A DNA stretch of 64,000 nt. Origin: an uncultured Candidatus Saccharibacteria bacterium. GTDB lineage: Bacteria > Patescibacteriota > Minisyncoccia > UBA6257 > 1-14-0-10-44-23. The stretch spans positions 23,268 through 87,267 of the forward strand of contig CAZXKC010000001.1 in the NCBI GenBank assembly GCA_964641225.1, read 5' to 3'. Under the pieces are notes generated by a model. The model saw nothing but the letters and a program-made list of their open reading frames with translations. It did not search any database and had not been told where the DNA came from. The translations under genes were made by a program, and so were the position numbers. Shown one piece after another: positions 28,049 to 39,000 of the stretch; position 1 is the stretch's first letter; every line of letters begins with the position of its first letter.

Positions 28049-29011
28049 ATGAAAGCTATTCGTATTCATGAGTATGGCGGATTAGATGTTCTTCAGTATG
28101 AAGACGCGCCCATTCCTGAATTTGGAGCCGATGAAGTTTTGATAAAAGTTTGCGCTGCCGGCGTTAACCCTATCGACTGGAAGACTCGTGAAGGTGGATT
28201 GAAAAAGATGCGGCCGTATCCTATGCCTGTTATTCTGGGTTGGGATGTTTCTGGTACTATTGATCGCATTGGTGCTGCAGTTACCGGTTTTAAGGTGGGC
28301 GATAAAGTTTTTGCTAAGCTCGATAGTAGTCGCAACGGCGGATATGCCGAGTATGCGGTGTCGAAAGGCACTGATGTGGCTCACGCGCCTAAAAGCATTC
28401 CGCTAGAGCACGCGGCCGGCATTCCGCTGGCTTGCCAGACAGCGTGGACAGGATTATTCGATAAAGCGAATTTGCAGGCAGGTCAGATGATTTTAATTCA
28501 TGCCGCCTCTGGCGGGGTAGGACACTTTGCTGTTCAACTGGCAAAAAATGCTGGCGCACGAGTGATTGCTACTACCTCCACTGCGAATGTCGATTTAGTT
28601 AAGTCGCTTGGCGCGGACGAGGTGATAGATTATAAGAAAGAAGATTTCAGTCAGCGAGTTAAAGATGTTGACGTAGTCTTCGATATGCTTGGTGGCGAAA
28701 GCCGTGCTAAGTCATGGCAGTGTCTCAAGAAGAGCGGTATTTTGGTATCCGTTGTAGCTCGCCAGGACCCATTTGATGCAGAGGTAGTAAAAAAGTTTGC
28801 GGTCCGAGCCGAACCGGTAGCGATGATAGCCAGTGGTGAGCGCTTACAAAAAATAGCTGACCTAGTTGATGCGGGTAAGCTTAAGGTGGTTATCGCCAAG
28901 GAATTTCCGTTGTCAGAAGTAAAAGCAGCGCACGAGTTAAGTGAATCGGGACATGTGGTCGGGAAGATTATTTTGAGTATATCGTTAGCTCCGGTTGAGC
29001 AACGACAGTGA
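28049..29011 (+). CDS. Zinc-independent MDR-family NADPH:quinone oxidoreductase / alcohol dehydrogenase-like
   Basis: GroES-like N-terminus (GVNPIDWKTREG) and Rossmann motif AASGGVGHFAVQLAK. Confidence 0.8.
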   Translation: MKAIRIHEYGGLDVLQYEDAPIPEFGADEVLIKVCAAGVNPIDWKTREGGLKKMRPYPMPVILGWDVSGTIDRIGAAVTGFKVGDKVFAKLDSSRNGGYAEYAVSKGTDVAHAPKSIPLEHAAGIPLACQTAWTGLFDKANLQAGQMILIHAASGGVGHFAVQLAKNAGARVIATTSTANVDLVKSLGADEVIDYKKEDFSQRVKDVDVVFDMLGGESRAKSWQCLKKSGILVSVVARQDPFDAEVVKKFAVRAEPVAMIASGERLQKIADLVDAGKLKVVIAKEFPLSEVKAAHELSESGHVVGKIILSISLAPVEQRQ

Positions 29012-29588
29012 GCCAGGCGTTAACAAAGGTCTTTTTTGATACTGTAAATTTCGGTCCGACAAGCGGATCGTGTAAATAGACGTAATCTTTGTTTGCATCG
29101 AGTACTACGACTTGATGCAGACTGAACCCTGTTAAACCGCGTAGGCTTCGTGAATCAAGTACGACCGCACAAACTTTGTTTTCCGCGAGTGCGTTCGTAA
29201 GCTGCTCGTATGTTGGTTTCTCTCGGTGATGCAGGAAGTTTTTATGCTTTATGACTTCTTTGATTTGTTCGGGATAGACAGTAATATCTTTTGCGTTCTT
29301 GATATAAAAATTAAATTCATTATCTGAAACTGATTTTCGTAAACCTTCTGTGCCTTTTTCGGCCCAAAGCTTGTAATCAATGAGCTCGTATTCTTCAATC
29401 TTGATCCCACGATCCATAATCCATTTCCAAAACTTAAAAGCCCAGACTACGTAATTGGGTTGCCAGTCTGCAATTTTTTTCATCTCTTCCGAAGTTACTT
29501 CAGGAAAGAAGTATTTTGCCACCATTGTGTAACAGGCAAGAGCACAAGCTCTGTCGTCGATTTGTTTTTCGTAGGGAATTTGAAGCAT
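28968..29588 (-). CDS. Papain-like (C39-like) cysteine peptidase family protein
   Basis: Q...C (QIDDRACALACY) near the N-terminus and His/Asp in the C-terminal half (SLHQVVVLD, YLHDP). Tentative. Confidence 0.45.
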   Translation of the reverse strand: MLQIPYEKQIDDRACALACYTMVAKYFFPEVTSEEMKKIADWQPNYVVWAFKFWKWIMDRGIKIEEYELIDYKLWAEKGTEGLRKSVSDNEFNFYIKNAKDITVYPEQIKEVIKHKNFLHHREKPTYEQLTNALAENKVCAVVLDSRSLRGLTGFSLHQVVVLDANKDYVYLHDPLVGPKFTVSKKTFVNAWLTVVAQPELTIYSK

Positions 29589-29591
29589 TTA

Positions 29592-30155
29592 CTAAATCAG
29601 ATTTGCTAACAATTCTGGAAATTGATCGGTCTTCATGCTTCCAAGAGTGAAGTGTTTTTTTCCTTTAAATTCTTGGAATTTGGCATTCTTTATTTTCGAT
29701 CTAAGCGCTTCAACGCTTTTCAGCACATCAGCATAGTCATCGGTCGAATACATGATTGTAAGCCCTTCTGTTTTTGCAACCAGATTTTCGTCTATTTCAA
29801 ATTTGAAAAAGTTGGGATCAATCATATGTTCTGGGTCAAGCCATGGGGCTACCAAAACAACCCTCCCAACTTTTACATTGTTTTCGCTCAAGTAGCGCAC
29901 GAGAAAACCGCCGCCACAGCTATGTCCTACAAGCATGGTGTTTTCATTGAGATCAAATCTCTCAAGCATCTTTTTCCATGCTTCATAGTTTGGCTGATAG
30001 AAACCGGGCATTTCCGGAGCTTGCGCTTCGATGCCTTTCAAGAGGAGCTGTCTTTGAATCCATGCTATCCAATGATCATTGGACGCTGCTGGGCGAGCGG
30101 CATCAAAGTATTCAGCCTTATCATTATAGCCGTGGATGATGATTGCTGTTTTCAT
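29592..30155 (-). CDS. Alpha/beta-hydrolase (YdeN/RBBP9-like serine hydrolase)
   Basis: Nucleophile elbow GHSCG and size of ~185 aa. Confidence 0.65.
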   Translation of the reverse strand: MKTAIIIHGYNDKAEYFDAARPAASNDHWIAWIQRQLLLKGIEAQAPEMPGFYQPNYEAWKKMLERFDLNENTMLVGHSCGGGFLVRYLSENNVKVGRVVLVAPWLDPEHMIDPNFFKFEIDENLVAKTEGLTIMYSTDDYADVLKSVEALRSKIKNAKFQEFKGKKHFTLGSMKTDQFPELLANLI

Positions 30156-30490
30156 GTCTTTTTTAAAAATTCTATCTTGTTACCGTCTGGGTCAAGGATT
30201 GCAAAGTTTTTACCCCAGCTTTCTTCAGTTATTTCTTTATATATAGGTACACCCTTACTTCTTAAAGATTTATAGAGAGTATCGACATCATCAACTTCAA
30301 TGATAACGGTCTGATGGCCAGGGATCTCTCTTTCGTGTTCTTTCAGTTTTATACCTAGAAGAGCCTCTCCGATTTTAAAAGCTAGAAATTTTTCGTCTCC
30401 AAAAGCGAGCTCCCAGTTCATGGTTTCTCGATAGAATTTTCCAATCGAATCTACATTGTTCGTGTAGAAGATGCCGTAAGCAAGTTTCAT
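30152..30490 (-). CDS. Glyoxalase/bleomycin-resistance (VOC) family protein
   Basis: betaalphabetabetabeta modules with metal-ligand His and Glu (GHQTVIIEVDDVD...FAILDPDGNKIEF). The internal Met at 30490 is preferred over the ORF start at 30622, which would run into the palindromic recombinase-flank region. Confidence 0.6.
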   Translation of the reverse strand: MKLAYGIFYTNNVDSIGKFYRETMNWELAFGDEKFLAFKIGEALLGIKLKEHEREIPGHQTVIIEVDDVDTLYKSLRSKGVPIYKEITEESWGKNFAILDPDGNKIEFLKKT

Positions 30491-30659
30491 GAGTAAAGTA
30501 TGACTGAATTCAATGGAATTGCAAAAATGTCTTTCTGTGTACCATTTGTGCCATTTCCCGTATAATCCGGTTGATCTGAAGCGACCCGTTTCTATCCAAT
30601 TAATCGACTTCAGGGATCCCAAGGATCCTTATGGGGCCTAGGCGCCTAAGGTTCTGAAC

Positions 30660-32258
30660 CTATACGGGGAGCCTAGTGACAAAATTCGAGTAACTTTTAG
30701 CTAAGACCCTTTTATCCATGGGCTTCTTAAGAGGTTCTAACCTTGCGTGTATTCGTTTTACCTCTTTAGCCGCCTTTTCGATCAATAAAAGTGGCGCAGC
30801 CACATGAATGCTCAATTTATTATCTTTTAGTAAGAGGTTCGAACCTAGTACGAAAACAATATTCCGTTTTTCCCTAAGTGTTGCGCTCGCGTAGCGTTTC
30901 GGGGCGCTCTCTGCAAAAGTGAAAACCTGCTCAGCTTTTTCTAGCCAGTTGTCTACGCGGCCATCAGTATCTTTTAATAATTCCTGTAAACGAACCTTCT
31001 CTTTTGAGAATTCCGATTTTTTACGCGCAAACTCCTCTTCGTTGAGCTCTCCCGCAGCTCGCATATCTATCAATGCATCTATCCGTTGTACGCAGGCGTT
31101 GTAATCGCGCTGGAGATTAGCCAGAATCTTATTCCGGTCCTCGACTTCGAACCTGCTTTCAGTCTTTAATTGATCGATTGCCCATTCTTTGAACTCTGGT
31201 GGGATTTCTATGGTGCCCAAAATGGCATTAATTTGAGACTCTAAGTCTTCTTGTCGGATATTCTTTTGTGAGCAAGCACGGTTTTTCTTTTTGGTGCAGT
31301 GGTAATAGGTGTACTGATGAACATTGCCATTTTTTTGGGTCTTAATCTTTTTTTCGGCGGTAATCATGGAATTGCACTCTGCGCAATGAATGAGGCCAGT
31401 ATAAGCGAACTCTTTAGTGTGTGGGCGCTGCTTGCCCTTGTCGCCGAGGATAACTTGAATTTTTTCGTATTCATCTTCAGTGATCATTGCCTCGTGTTGC
31501 CCCTTGTACCAATTACCACTATTTTTTGGAAATTCAAATGAGCCGTAATAAAAAGGGTCATTAAACATTCTGTAAATGTTACTCTCCGAAATTTTATTGC
31601 CAAGTCTGGAATGAAGTCCCCATTCGCTCGTGGCGATTTTTAAAATTTTAGGGGCGGTGTATTGGCCGGTCAACATTAAATCGAACATCTTACGAACCAA
31701 GTCGAATTTTTCAGGGTCTTTGATAATCTCTTTTTCGCCCTTTCGTTTAAAGGGATGATTCATGTATCCAAGGCTCGCAGGGGCAGGGTACCAACCTCGT
31801 TCTGCCTTTGCTCGTAATCCTCGTTTAGTATTAACACTTAAATCACGAATAAACTGGTTCGCCATACCAAACTCAACGCTCATCATTAGAACATTGTCGC
31901 CAGGATAATAACTTCGCTCAAATGTCTGGATGTGTTGGATAGAGCCTTGCTGCAACATCCAGCTGATCCGCCCGCCGTCTATAGGGTTGCGTGCTAACCG
32001 GTCGAGCTTCCAGCAGATAATGCCTTGTGCTTTGCCGCCTTGGACCGCATTAAGCATTTCATCGAAAACAGGCCGCCCAGGCTCTTTGGCGGATTGAGCT
32101 TCTGAATAGACCTTAAGAATCTCTAAGTCGCGTTGTTTGGCTAGTCTTGTCAGCTCATCGATTTGAGAATCGATTGAGGCGACTTGCTTATCCTCGCTCT
32201 CTGACGATTTCCGAGCGTATAGAAAGTACTTGATATCGCCTTGTTTAACAGGTGCCAT
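30660..32258 (-). CDS. Large serine recombinase
   Basis: YARKSSESEDKQVASIDSQ catalytic motif, a recombinase domain, zinc-ribbon cysteines and a coiled-coil C-terminus. Confidence 0.85.
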   Translation of the reverse strand: MAPVKQGDIKYFLYARKSSESEDKQVASIDSQIDELTRLAKQRDLEILKVYSEAQSAKEPGRPVFDEMLNAVQGGKAQGIICWKLDRLARNPIDGGRISWMLQQGSIQHIQTFERSYYPGDNVLMMSVEFGMANQFIRDLSVNTKRGLRAKAERGWYPAPASLGYMNHPFKRKGEKEIIKDPEKFDLVRKMFDLMLTGQYTAPKILKIATSEWGLHSRLGNKISESNIYRMFNDPFYYGSFEFPKNSGNWYKGQHEAMITEDEYEKIQVILGDKGKQRPHTKEFAYTGLIHCAECNSMITAEKKIKTQKNGNVHQYTYYHCTKKKNRACSQKNIRQEDLESQINAILGTIEIPPEFKEWAIDQLKTESRFEVEDRNKILANLQRDYNACVQRIDALIDMRAAGELNEEEFARKKSEFSKEKVRLQELLKDTDGRVDNWLEKAEQVFTFAESAPKRYASATLREKRNIVFVLGSNLLLKDNKLSIHVAAPLLLIEKAAKEVKRIHARLEPLKKPMDKRVLAKSYSNFVTRLPV

Positions 32259-32406
32259 ATGCCTTAATTATACCTCCATTCTCTTTAGGGACCTTTGAAA
32301 TTAGCTGAACAGGGTTTACGTACAAAATTCTATTAATTTCCATGGTTTTCCATGATTTTTGGTCAGAATCCAATAGCCTAAAACCTTAGCATTCCTTAAC
32401 ATCTTC

Positions 32407-32628
32407 TTATGTTTTTAGGGGTAGTATCCTCGCTAGTTCATCTTGGACAGATTCCAAGGCCTTGGACATTCTTTGCCAATCAAGATGCGAGCCAATCTTT
32501 CTTGCATAAGCATCACCATAGCCCGCCTTAAGGGCAGACCGCCGAAGATTACTATAGGTATAGGCACTTTTATCCAGGTAGTAGGCGATGAATCGTATTT
32601 GCCGAACGAATTGTTGATTTGAAGTCAT
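32407..32628 (-). CDS. Small hypothetical protein (73 aa), possible DNA-binding accessory protein of the recombinase
   Basis: ORF only. Position is analogous to the excisionase of island 1. Confidence 0.3.
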   Translation of the reverse strand: MTSNQQFVRQIRFIAYYLDKSAYTYSNLRRSALKAGYGDAYARKIGSHLDWQRMSKALESVQDELARILPLKT

Positions 32629-32751
32629 ATAACTTTATAAGATAATTTCCGCATAAAATTACTTTCTGATATTCACTGTTAGTACGCTGTTATGCAGTTA
32701 AGCATATTTTTTAACGAGTCGAAAAATACACCAATAAATATCAGCAGGAAA

Positions 32752-33336
32752 TTAAGGGCTGTTATTCTTCCGGGCCCTTTCCTTCAAGAGGCGAATTGCC
32801 TCTGAGTCCCTCCAGGGATATAAAGATTCTTCATTCTTTAAAGTTTCTTTCTCTTTCTTTAAAGGTTCTTTAGAGTCGGCGGCTCGTTCGGTAGGCCGAA
32901 CACTTTGAGTACGAAAAAGTCCTGCTTTCATCTTTTTGAAATCATCGTTTAGTTCGGCTATCCGAACGCCTTGTTCGGTAGAGTGGACACTTCGTTCGGC
33001 AGATTGAACGGCTTGTTCGAGTTTCTTGATACTTTTGATATAGAAAATCTCAGGATAGGGGATGCCAAATTGCGTTCGGCTGTACTGCCTTAACCCACCA
33101 TTTTCTACCATTTTCTTACGAACTTCGGAGAGCTTACCCGTAGACCAGCCTGGCAGAAATTGTTCTTTAATCTCACGGATGGAGATATCTGATTTCCCAA
33201 AATTGACATGATCCTGGTCCCAATCACAATTTCCGCGATAAACCATTAAAAGGCGGTACTCCTGGTCCGTTAAGTTCTTGTCCTTCTCGAAATACTTTCT
33301 CAAAAAGTGGAAACTACCTTTCATTTTCATACTCAT
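32752..33336 (-). CDS. Hypothetical protein (194 aa)
   Basis: ORF only. Confidence 0.4.
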   Translation of the reverse strand: MSMKMKGSFHFLRKYFEKDKNLTDQEYRLLMVYRGNCDWDQDHVNFGKSDISIREIKEQFLPGWSTGKLSEVRKKMVENGGLRQYSRTQFGIPYPEIFYIKSIKKLEQAVQSAERSVHSTEQGVRIAELNDDFKKMKAGLFRTQSVRPTERAADSKEPLKKEKETLKNEESLYPWRDSEAIRLLKERARKNNSP

Positions 33337-33507
33337 AGTTACTGCCTGTTATTTGCTGGTTTTTAGTGGATTGGGGGCATATATCAATCGGACTAGCTCA
33401 ACTAGTCGCAGACCCTTTTCTGTCGCCTCTTGGGCGCTAATATCAACCCCAAAACGGGCTTTATAAAGCTCTTGGAAACGTTTTATTTGGGTTTCGGCGA
33501 GTTGCAT

Positions 33508-33783
33508 TTATTCGTTGTATAAACGAGCTTTAATTGCCTTCAGGGAAGCAAAATACGCCTGCGGCGAGACTCGCAAAGAACCATCCCAAAAGCCCTCTAT
33601 AAGGGCGTCTAAGCCCGCCGTTCGTTTGAATACAAAGTAAGCACGCCCGTGGCCGTCTGGCTTATCGATGCTCCAAAGAGGAACGAATAGATTTAGGGTT
33701 GCCGATAGGGGTAGATCGCTGCTGCGGTATAGGTTTTCTTCGGGAACGATTTCTGTTTTTATACTCATAAATTTAAAAGCCAT
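33508..33783 (-). CDS. Hypothetical protein (91 aa)
   Basis: ORF only. Confidence 0.35.
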   Translation of the reverse strand: MAFKFMSIKTEIVPEENLYRSSDLPLSATLNLFVPLWSIDKPDGHGRAYFVFKRTAGLDALIEGFWDGSLRVSPQAYFASLKAIKARLYNE

Positions 33784-33828
33784 AGCTCTTCTGCTATGAC
33801 CTTATACTCCGAACCAAAATAGCCTATC

Positions 33829-34629
33829 TCAAGATTTAGACCCGAATCTCTTTCTATAGCGGCTTCTCGTATTTTGAATTTTTTTTCGCCTTTTTTTCTC
33901 AATAGGGCCGAAATTAGTACCTCTGATTTCGCCGAAAATCTTCTCCTGCTTTTCCCAATCAGAGAGTTTGTCAGTGTTCGTATCAAGCGCAAATAGCTTA
34001 CCAGCAATATTGATATTTTTTAGTGGGTAGAATCTTGCCCTCCCAAAATAAAAAGTTCTTGCACGCTCAATAAACTTCCATCCTTTTTTAATATCATCTA
34101 GCGAGGTGTCGTTGAAAATTTGCAGAGATAAACCCATCTTATCATCTGTCCAAATAGTAAAATTCTGGCTATCTAAATTTTCTCTGGGATCAATAAAATC
34201 GTGGGCGCCTATGCCAAGATGCTCTAATTGAGCATTGGCTTGAGCAAACGAAAAAATATGGTGAAAGACCAAAGAATCAATTTGCTGCTCCCAATATTTT
34301 ATCGGTTTCAATTCGTATTTTTTAACGATCGATAAAATTGTAGGGCGTATATCGGGATTCTTATCTTTTGCCCTATGATGATTGATTATTATCGGCCATA
34401 CTTCCTTTGCTTCTTCTACGCGCTTTCGCGGATACTTTTCTCTATAGGCACTTATTTCTTTGTCTACTTCCATTGCTCCGATATGCAATTCTTTAAATTT
34501 TTTCCGCACAGAAACAATGTCTTGTCGAAAATTTGGATTAGCTAATAACAATCTCATTTTTTGACCAATCTTTTTATTGACAATTTTTGCTTCTAAATCT
34601 GCGGTTTTTCTATCATCCTTCATACTCAT
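33829..34629 (-). CDS. Hypothetical protein (266 aa)
   Basis: ORF only. Basic C-terminus. Confidence 0.4.
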   Translation of the reverse strand: MSMKDDRKTADLEAKIVNKKIGQKMRLLLANPNFRQDIVSVRKKFKELHIGAMEVDKEISAYREKYPRKRVEEAKEVWPIIINHHRAKDKNPDIRPTILSIVKKYELKPIKYWEQQIDSLVFHHIFSFAQANAQLEHLGIGAHDFIDPRENLDSQNFTIWTDDKMGLSLQIFNDTSLDDIKKGWKFIERARTFYFGRARFYPLKNINIAGKLFALDTNTDKLSDWEKQEKIFGEIRGTNFGPIEKKRRKKIQNTRSRYRKRFGSKS

Positions 34630-34692
34630 TTCTCATAAGCCTAGCGCCAATCCCTAGCTTTCTCAAGCAGAAAAGAATATGGTGAGAGCAAC

Positions 34693-35475
34693 ATGCCTGA
34701 CCCGCGCGAATTGGTTATATATACTGACGGTTCAGCTCTACAGAACCCTGGTGGTCCAGGCGGTATAGCAGGAGTAGTTGAATTTCCTGAAAAATTTGCC
34801 ACCGAACCCAAAATCATTTTTCAGGAAGGATACGAAACGACAACGAATAATCGTATGGAGTTGTTAGGAGTTATTAAATCATTGCAATATGCAGCTACTC
34901 GGGCGCCTGCGTTTTCACCTATGCGTATTATTATTGTCACCGACTCAGACTACGTATATGGCAACTTAAATAGAGCCTTTGTCTGGAAAAAGCAGAAGTG
35001 GGTTAACGCGGATGGTAGGCCAATCGAAAATCACGACCTATGGGAAAAACTCTTACAAGTTCGCGCCAAAACTAGCGCAACGATTTCTTGGCAAAAAGGT
35101 AAAACTTCTGCGATTTTGAAAATGGTTGATAAGGCAGCGAAAGCAGCAGTAAAAATGGCGATATTAAAGACCGACTCTGGCTATAAAGGCGGGAAAGTCG
35201 CCCCCTCAAAGAATCACGGAGGGACCGCTTCAATGTTCTCACTACCACAAAAAAACGCTGTAGTTAGACTCTATCGCAAGCAGTATTCTGGAAAAGGTAT
35301 GTACAAAGTTTTTTTCGATTTTTACCGTGAGGAGGAATCACGCTACGATGGAAAGTATTATGCCTATATCAGCGACAAAAAACTCAGCGAGCTGCATCGC
35401 CAGCATCGCTTCCGAGTCACCTTCGTTAATAACCAAAAATACCCCGTCATTCAAGATATTGAACCTCTCTTGTAA
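34693..35475 (+). CDS. RNase H (type 1) domain protein with a ~110-aa C-terminal extension
   Basis: VIYTDGSA...ETTTNNRMELLGVIKSL...IIVTDSDYV gives the DEDD catalytic residues in RNase HI order. Confidence 0.7.
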   Translation: MPDPRELVIYTDGSALQNPGGPGGIAGVVEFPEKFATEPKIIFQEGYETTTNNRMELLGVIKSLQYAATRAPAFSPMRIIIVTDSDYVYGNLNRAFVWKKQKWVNADGRPIENHDLWEKLLQVRAKTSATISWQKGKTSAILKMVDKAAKAAVKMAILKTDSGYKGGKVAPSKNHGGTASMFSLPQKNAVVRLYRKQYSGKGMYKVFFDFYREEESRYDGKYYAYISDKKLSELHRQHRFRVTFVNNQKYPVIQDIEPLL

Positions 35476-35575
35476 TCGTGTCTCCTGAGCGAGTATTGGT
35501 TCGCGCCAATATCACTCGCCTTACAAGGGATTTGGTTGTATATTCAAAGTGATAAGAAGCTTAAATATTGTTTTT

Positions 35576-35950
35576 ATGGATAGAGAATTACAAAAATTAA
35601 TACTCGAAATTATTGCTGCAAATAATGGGATTGCAGAATGGAAGCATATCCGTGATAAGGTGTTAACGAGGAAATGGCGTAATGTCTCAGAACAAGAAAG
35701 AGGAGTTGCTAAGGTAACTATTAAACACCAGATGGACCTCATGGAGGGAGAAGGTGTCGTCATGCGTAAAGAACAAATACCTGATATTTATTACATTATG
35801 ACATCTTCGGGGCATAGAATTTTATGGGGTTTAATCCAAAGGAGCTGGTATTTTATTATTTTCAATAAGGAGCATAATGTTTTTTCTGTAATAGCCCTCG
35901 CGGTAAGCATTATTTCTTTAGTCGTTGGGTTCATTGCTTTATACCGTTGA
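35576..35950 (+). CDS. Winged-helix-like N-terminal domain plus two C-terminal TM helices, hypothetical
   Basis: ORF. Hydrophobic C-terminus (VFSVIALAVSIISLVVGFIALY). Confidence 0.35.
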   Translation: MDRELQKLILEIIAANNGIAEWKHIRDKVLTRKWRNVSEQERGVAKVTIKHQMDLMEGEGVVMRKEQIPDIYYIMTSSGHRILWGLIQRSWYFIIFNKEHNVFSVIALAVSIISLVVGFIALYR

Positions 35951-36017
35951 TTTTTAGTTCTCTTCAGCCGAGCACTTATTCACTCATAATCAATTATGAG
36001 TGTGCTAAAGTGAATAG

Positions 36018-39000
36018 GTGAAATCATATGCTCAAACGCCGAGCACTTTCCGTAGATTTTTAACTGCTTCTTTAATTTTTGTACTTACCCTCGCGCCGAT
36101 TGGCCCTGCGCTTGCGCAACAAGCTTCTAGTACTCCTCCTGCGCAATCCAGCGAAGATTTTTCCTCATCAAGCACTGCTGATCCAGATCATCCCATTTTA
36201 AGCGGGTCACTTTCTGATGTGGCAGAGCAATCTTCTGAAATATCGGCAGAATCAGAAGAAGAAATATCAGAAGGCAATGAAGAGGAGCCACCGCAATCCT
36301 CGATGGCGATGTCAGGATCAGGAGATATTTCTGGCGGTGCCGACGGCAGTCCAAATACTATCAAGCAGGTTATTCCCGGTGTTGATCAAACTACGGGCGC
36401 TTTGACGTATACCTATCCGCTCAAGATGCCGCCTGGTAGAAATGGAATGCAGCCAGACCTTAGTTTGAGTTATAACAGCTTGTCCGCTGATTCAAATTCA
36501 ATTGTTGGATACGGATGGAGTCTCAATATTCCCTATATAAAACGCATTAATAAAGATGGCGTCAATAAACTTTATTCTGAGAATTATTTTGAATCTTCAC
36601 TTTCAGGCGAGCTTGTTCCGTACCCGACGAGTTCAACGAGTATTTTCAGATCAAAGGTTGATAACGGGGAGTTTTTAAACTACACCTTCGCTAGTAATAC
36701 ATGGACGGTTACTGATAAATCAGGGAAAACCTATACCTTCGGTAATAGCTCTAGTACTCAATTAGTAGATGATGCAAGCTCGACTCGCATATTTGCTTGG
36801 ATGCTTAATGAGGTGCGCGACCTCAATGGTAATTACATGACCTATGAGTATTACAAAGCATATGGTCAAATTTATCCAAATAAAATTTATTATACCCAAT
36901 ACGGAACAAGCACGGCTCCGTTTGAGATAGAGTTTTCACGAGAATCGCGATCGGATGGGTATGTGAAATATGATATGGGTTTTGCGGCCAGTTCGACGTA
37001 TCGTATCAAAGAAATTACGGCAAAGCATAATGGTACATGGACTAAAAAATATACGCTTGGATATGCAACTTCTACGACAGGTATTCGGTCTCTTCTAGAT
37101 ACTATTACTGAATCCGGTTTTAGTGATGCTAGCGCTACTACGACCCTGCCCGCGACCGATTTTGATTATCAGAGTAATTTACCGACGGGTGTTAGTACTT
37201 TGTTTGAGACTCAAACTATTTATGACGTCACGTGCCCCGCCAATATTAATACGACTCAGGGCGTAATTATTTCAGATGTTAATAGTGACGGCCTGCCTGA
37301 TATCTTGGAGGCAAATAACAGCGAAACCGCGACTTATCTTAATACAGGGATTTTTGATGGGACCTCAACCTGGGCGACTAGTACTATGTTTAATTCGCCA
37401 CTTCTTTTTAGCAATGCCTCTTCGACAGACTTGGGTGTTCGTTTGGCTGATATTAATGGTGACGGTAGAATAGACCTTGTTAAAAGGGTAAATTCGAGTT
37501 CAACTATTTATTTCAATACCTCCTCTGGCTGGAGTTTGCATACGTCGACTTCTACCTGGGTCATCCCTGAAGATACTGCTAATAGCGATGGGAGTGACAA
37601 CGGAGTCAGGTTAGTTGATCTTACAGGTGACGGATTGCCTGATTTTATACAAACAACAACGGGCGGAGGTTCTAATACTCATGTTTGGGTAAATAATGGT
37701 AGTAATTGGGTGAGCGACTCTGGTTGGGATACTTTTCCCCAAGGGATTCTTCAAGATCATCCGATGTTTGTTGATCTTAACAACGACGGATTAATGGATG
37801 ACATTCAGAGTTCTGTTAGCGGTGTAAATTGGCATCATTGGGCGTATTTAAATAATGGTAAGGGAGGTTGGGTTGCGGCATCTCAATATGATCCTGCTGC
37901 AATGTATTATTTCAACTATAATGGTAATGATTGGGGGACTCGAGAGGCGGATATTAACGGTGACGGCTTCTCGGATCTTTTGCAAGGTAAGAATTTACTA
38001 GGAACAGCAGCACACGTTAATACCGGATTAGGGTGGAGTACGAGCTCTTGGAGTGGTTTAGAGTTTGTTGATAATGGATCCCATGACAATGGGTATCGTT
38101 TCGCAGACTATAACGGCGATGGGATGGTAGATATTTTAAATTGTAAAACAGGAGGAAGCGCAGATATTTTTCTTAAAAATCAGCAACTTAAACCAGATTT
38201 GCTGACGCGAATTAAATTGCCGACTGGTGGCTCTACGGCCGTTGCCTATCAACCAACTACAAAATACGTTACTGGTGCGAGTAGCACGCTACTTAATGCG
38301 AATCTTCCCTTTGTTATTGACACGGTAAGCACTATCACTAAGTCTGATAATGTGAGTCCAACTTCAACGCAAACATTTAGTTATGAAGGTGGTCAGCAAT
38401 ACTTTGCAGGTGCGCTTGATCGTAAAATGGCTGGGTTTGCGAAAGTTGTCAGCACTGATACAGCCAGTAACACCACGAGCGTGTTTTATCACCAGGGTGA
38501 CAGTAGTAGTTCGAGCACCGGAGAATATAACGACGACGTTTTTAAAATTGGTAAGGTTTATCGTACAGAAGTCGCAGACAGCTCTGGCAATATCTACAGC
38601 AAAACTATCAATAAATGGGACGAGGCGACCTCGACAACATCATCTAGTACGTTTGTAAATCTCGCACAAACTATTTCATTCTCGTATGACGGTGATGCAG
38701 ATCATAAAGAGAAAGCTGAAAGTTATACCTATAGCACTTCAACTAGCAATCTGCTTACGAAGACCCAGTGGGGTGAGGTCACTGGCAGCAATGACGGTAC
38801 TTTTTCGGATACTGGGAGTGATAAATTCATAACAACGTATACCTACGCTTCTAGCACAGCCTCTTCGACGACGAGTTCTACGGTCGAGCTTTATACGACA
38901 TCTTTTTATAGTGATTCGAGTCTGATTGCGTATTGGCGTCTTGAAGGAGGCCTAAGTGATTCAAAGGGTTCTAGTAACGGGACTAATCATTCTGTCACAT

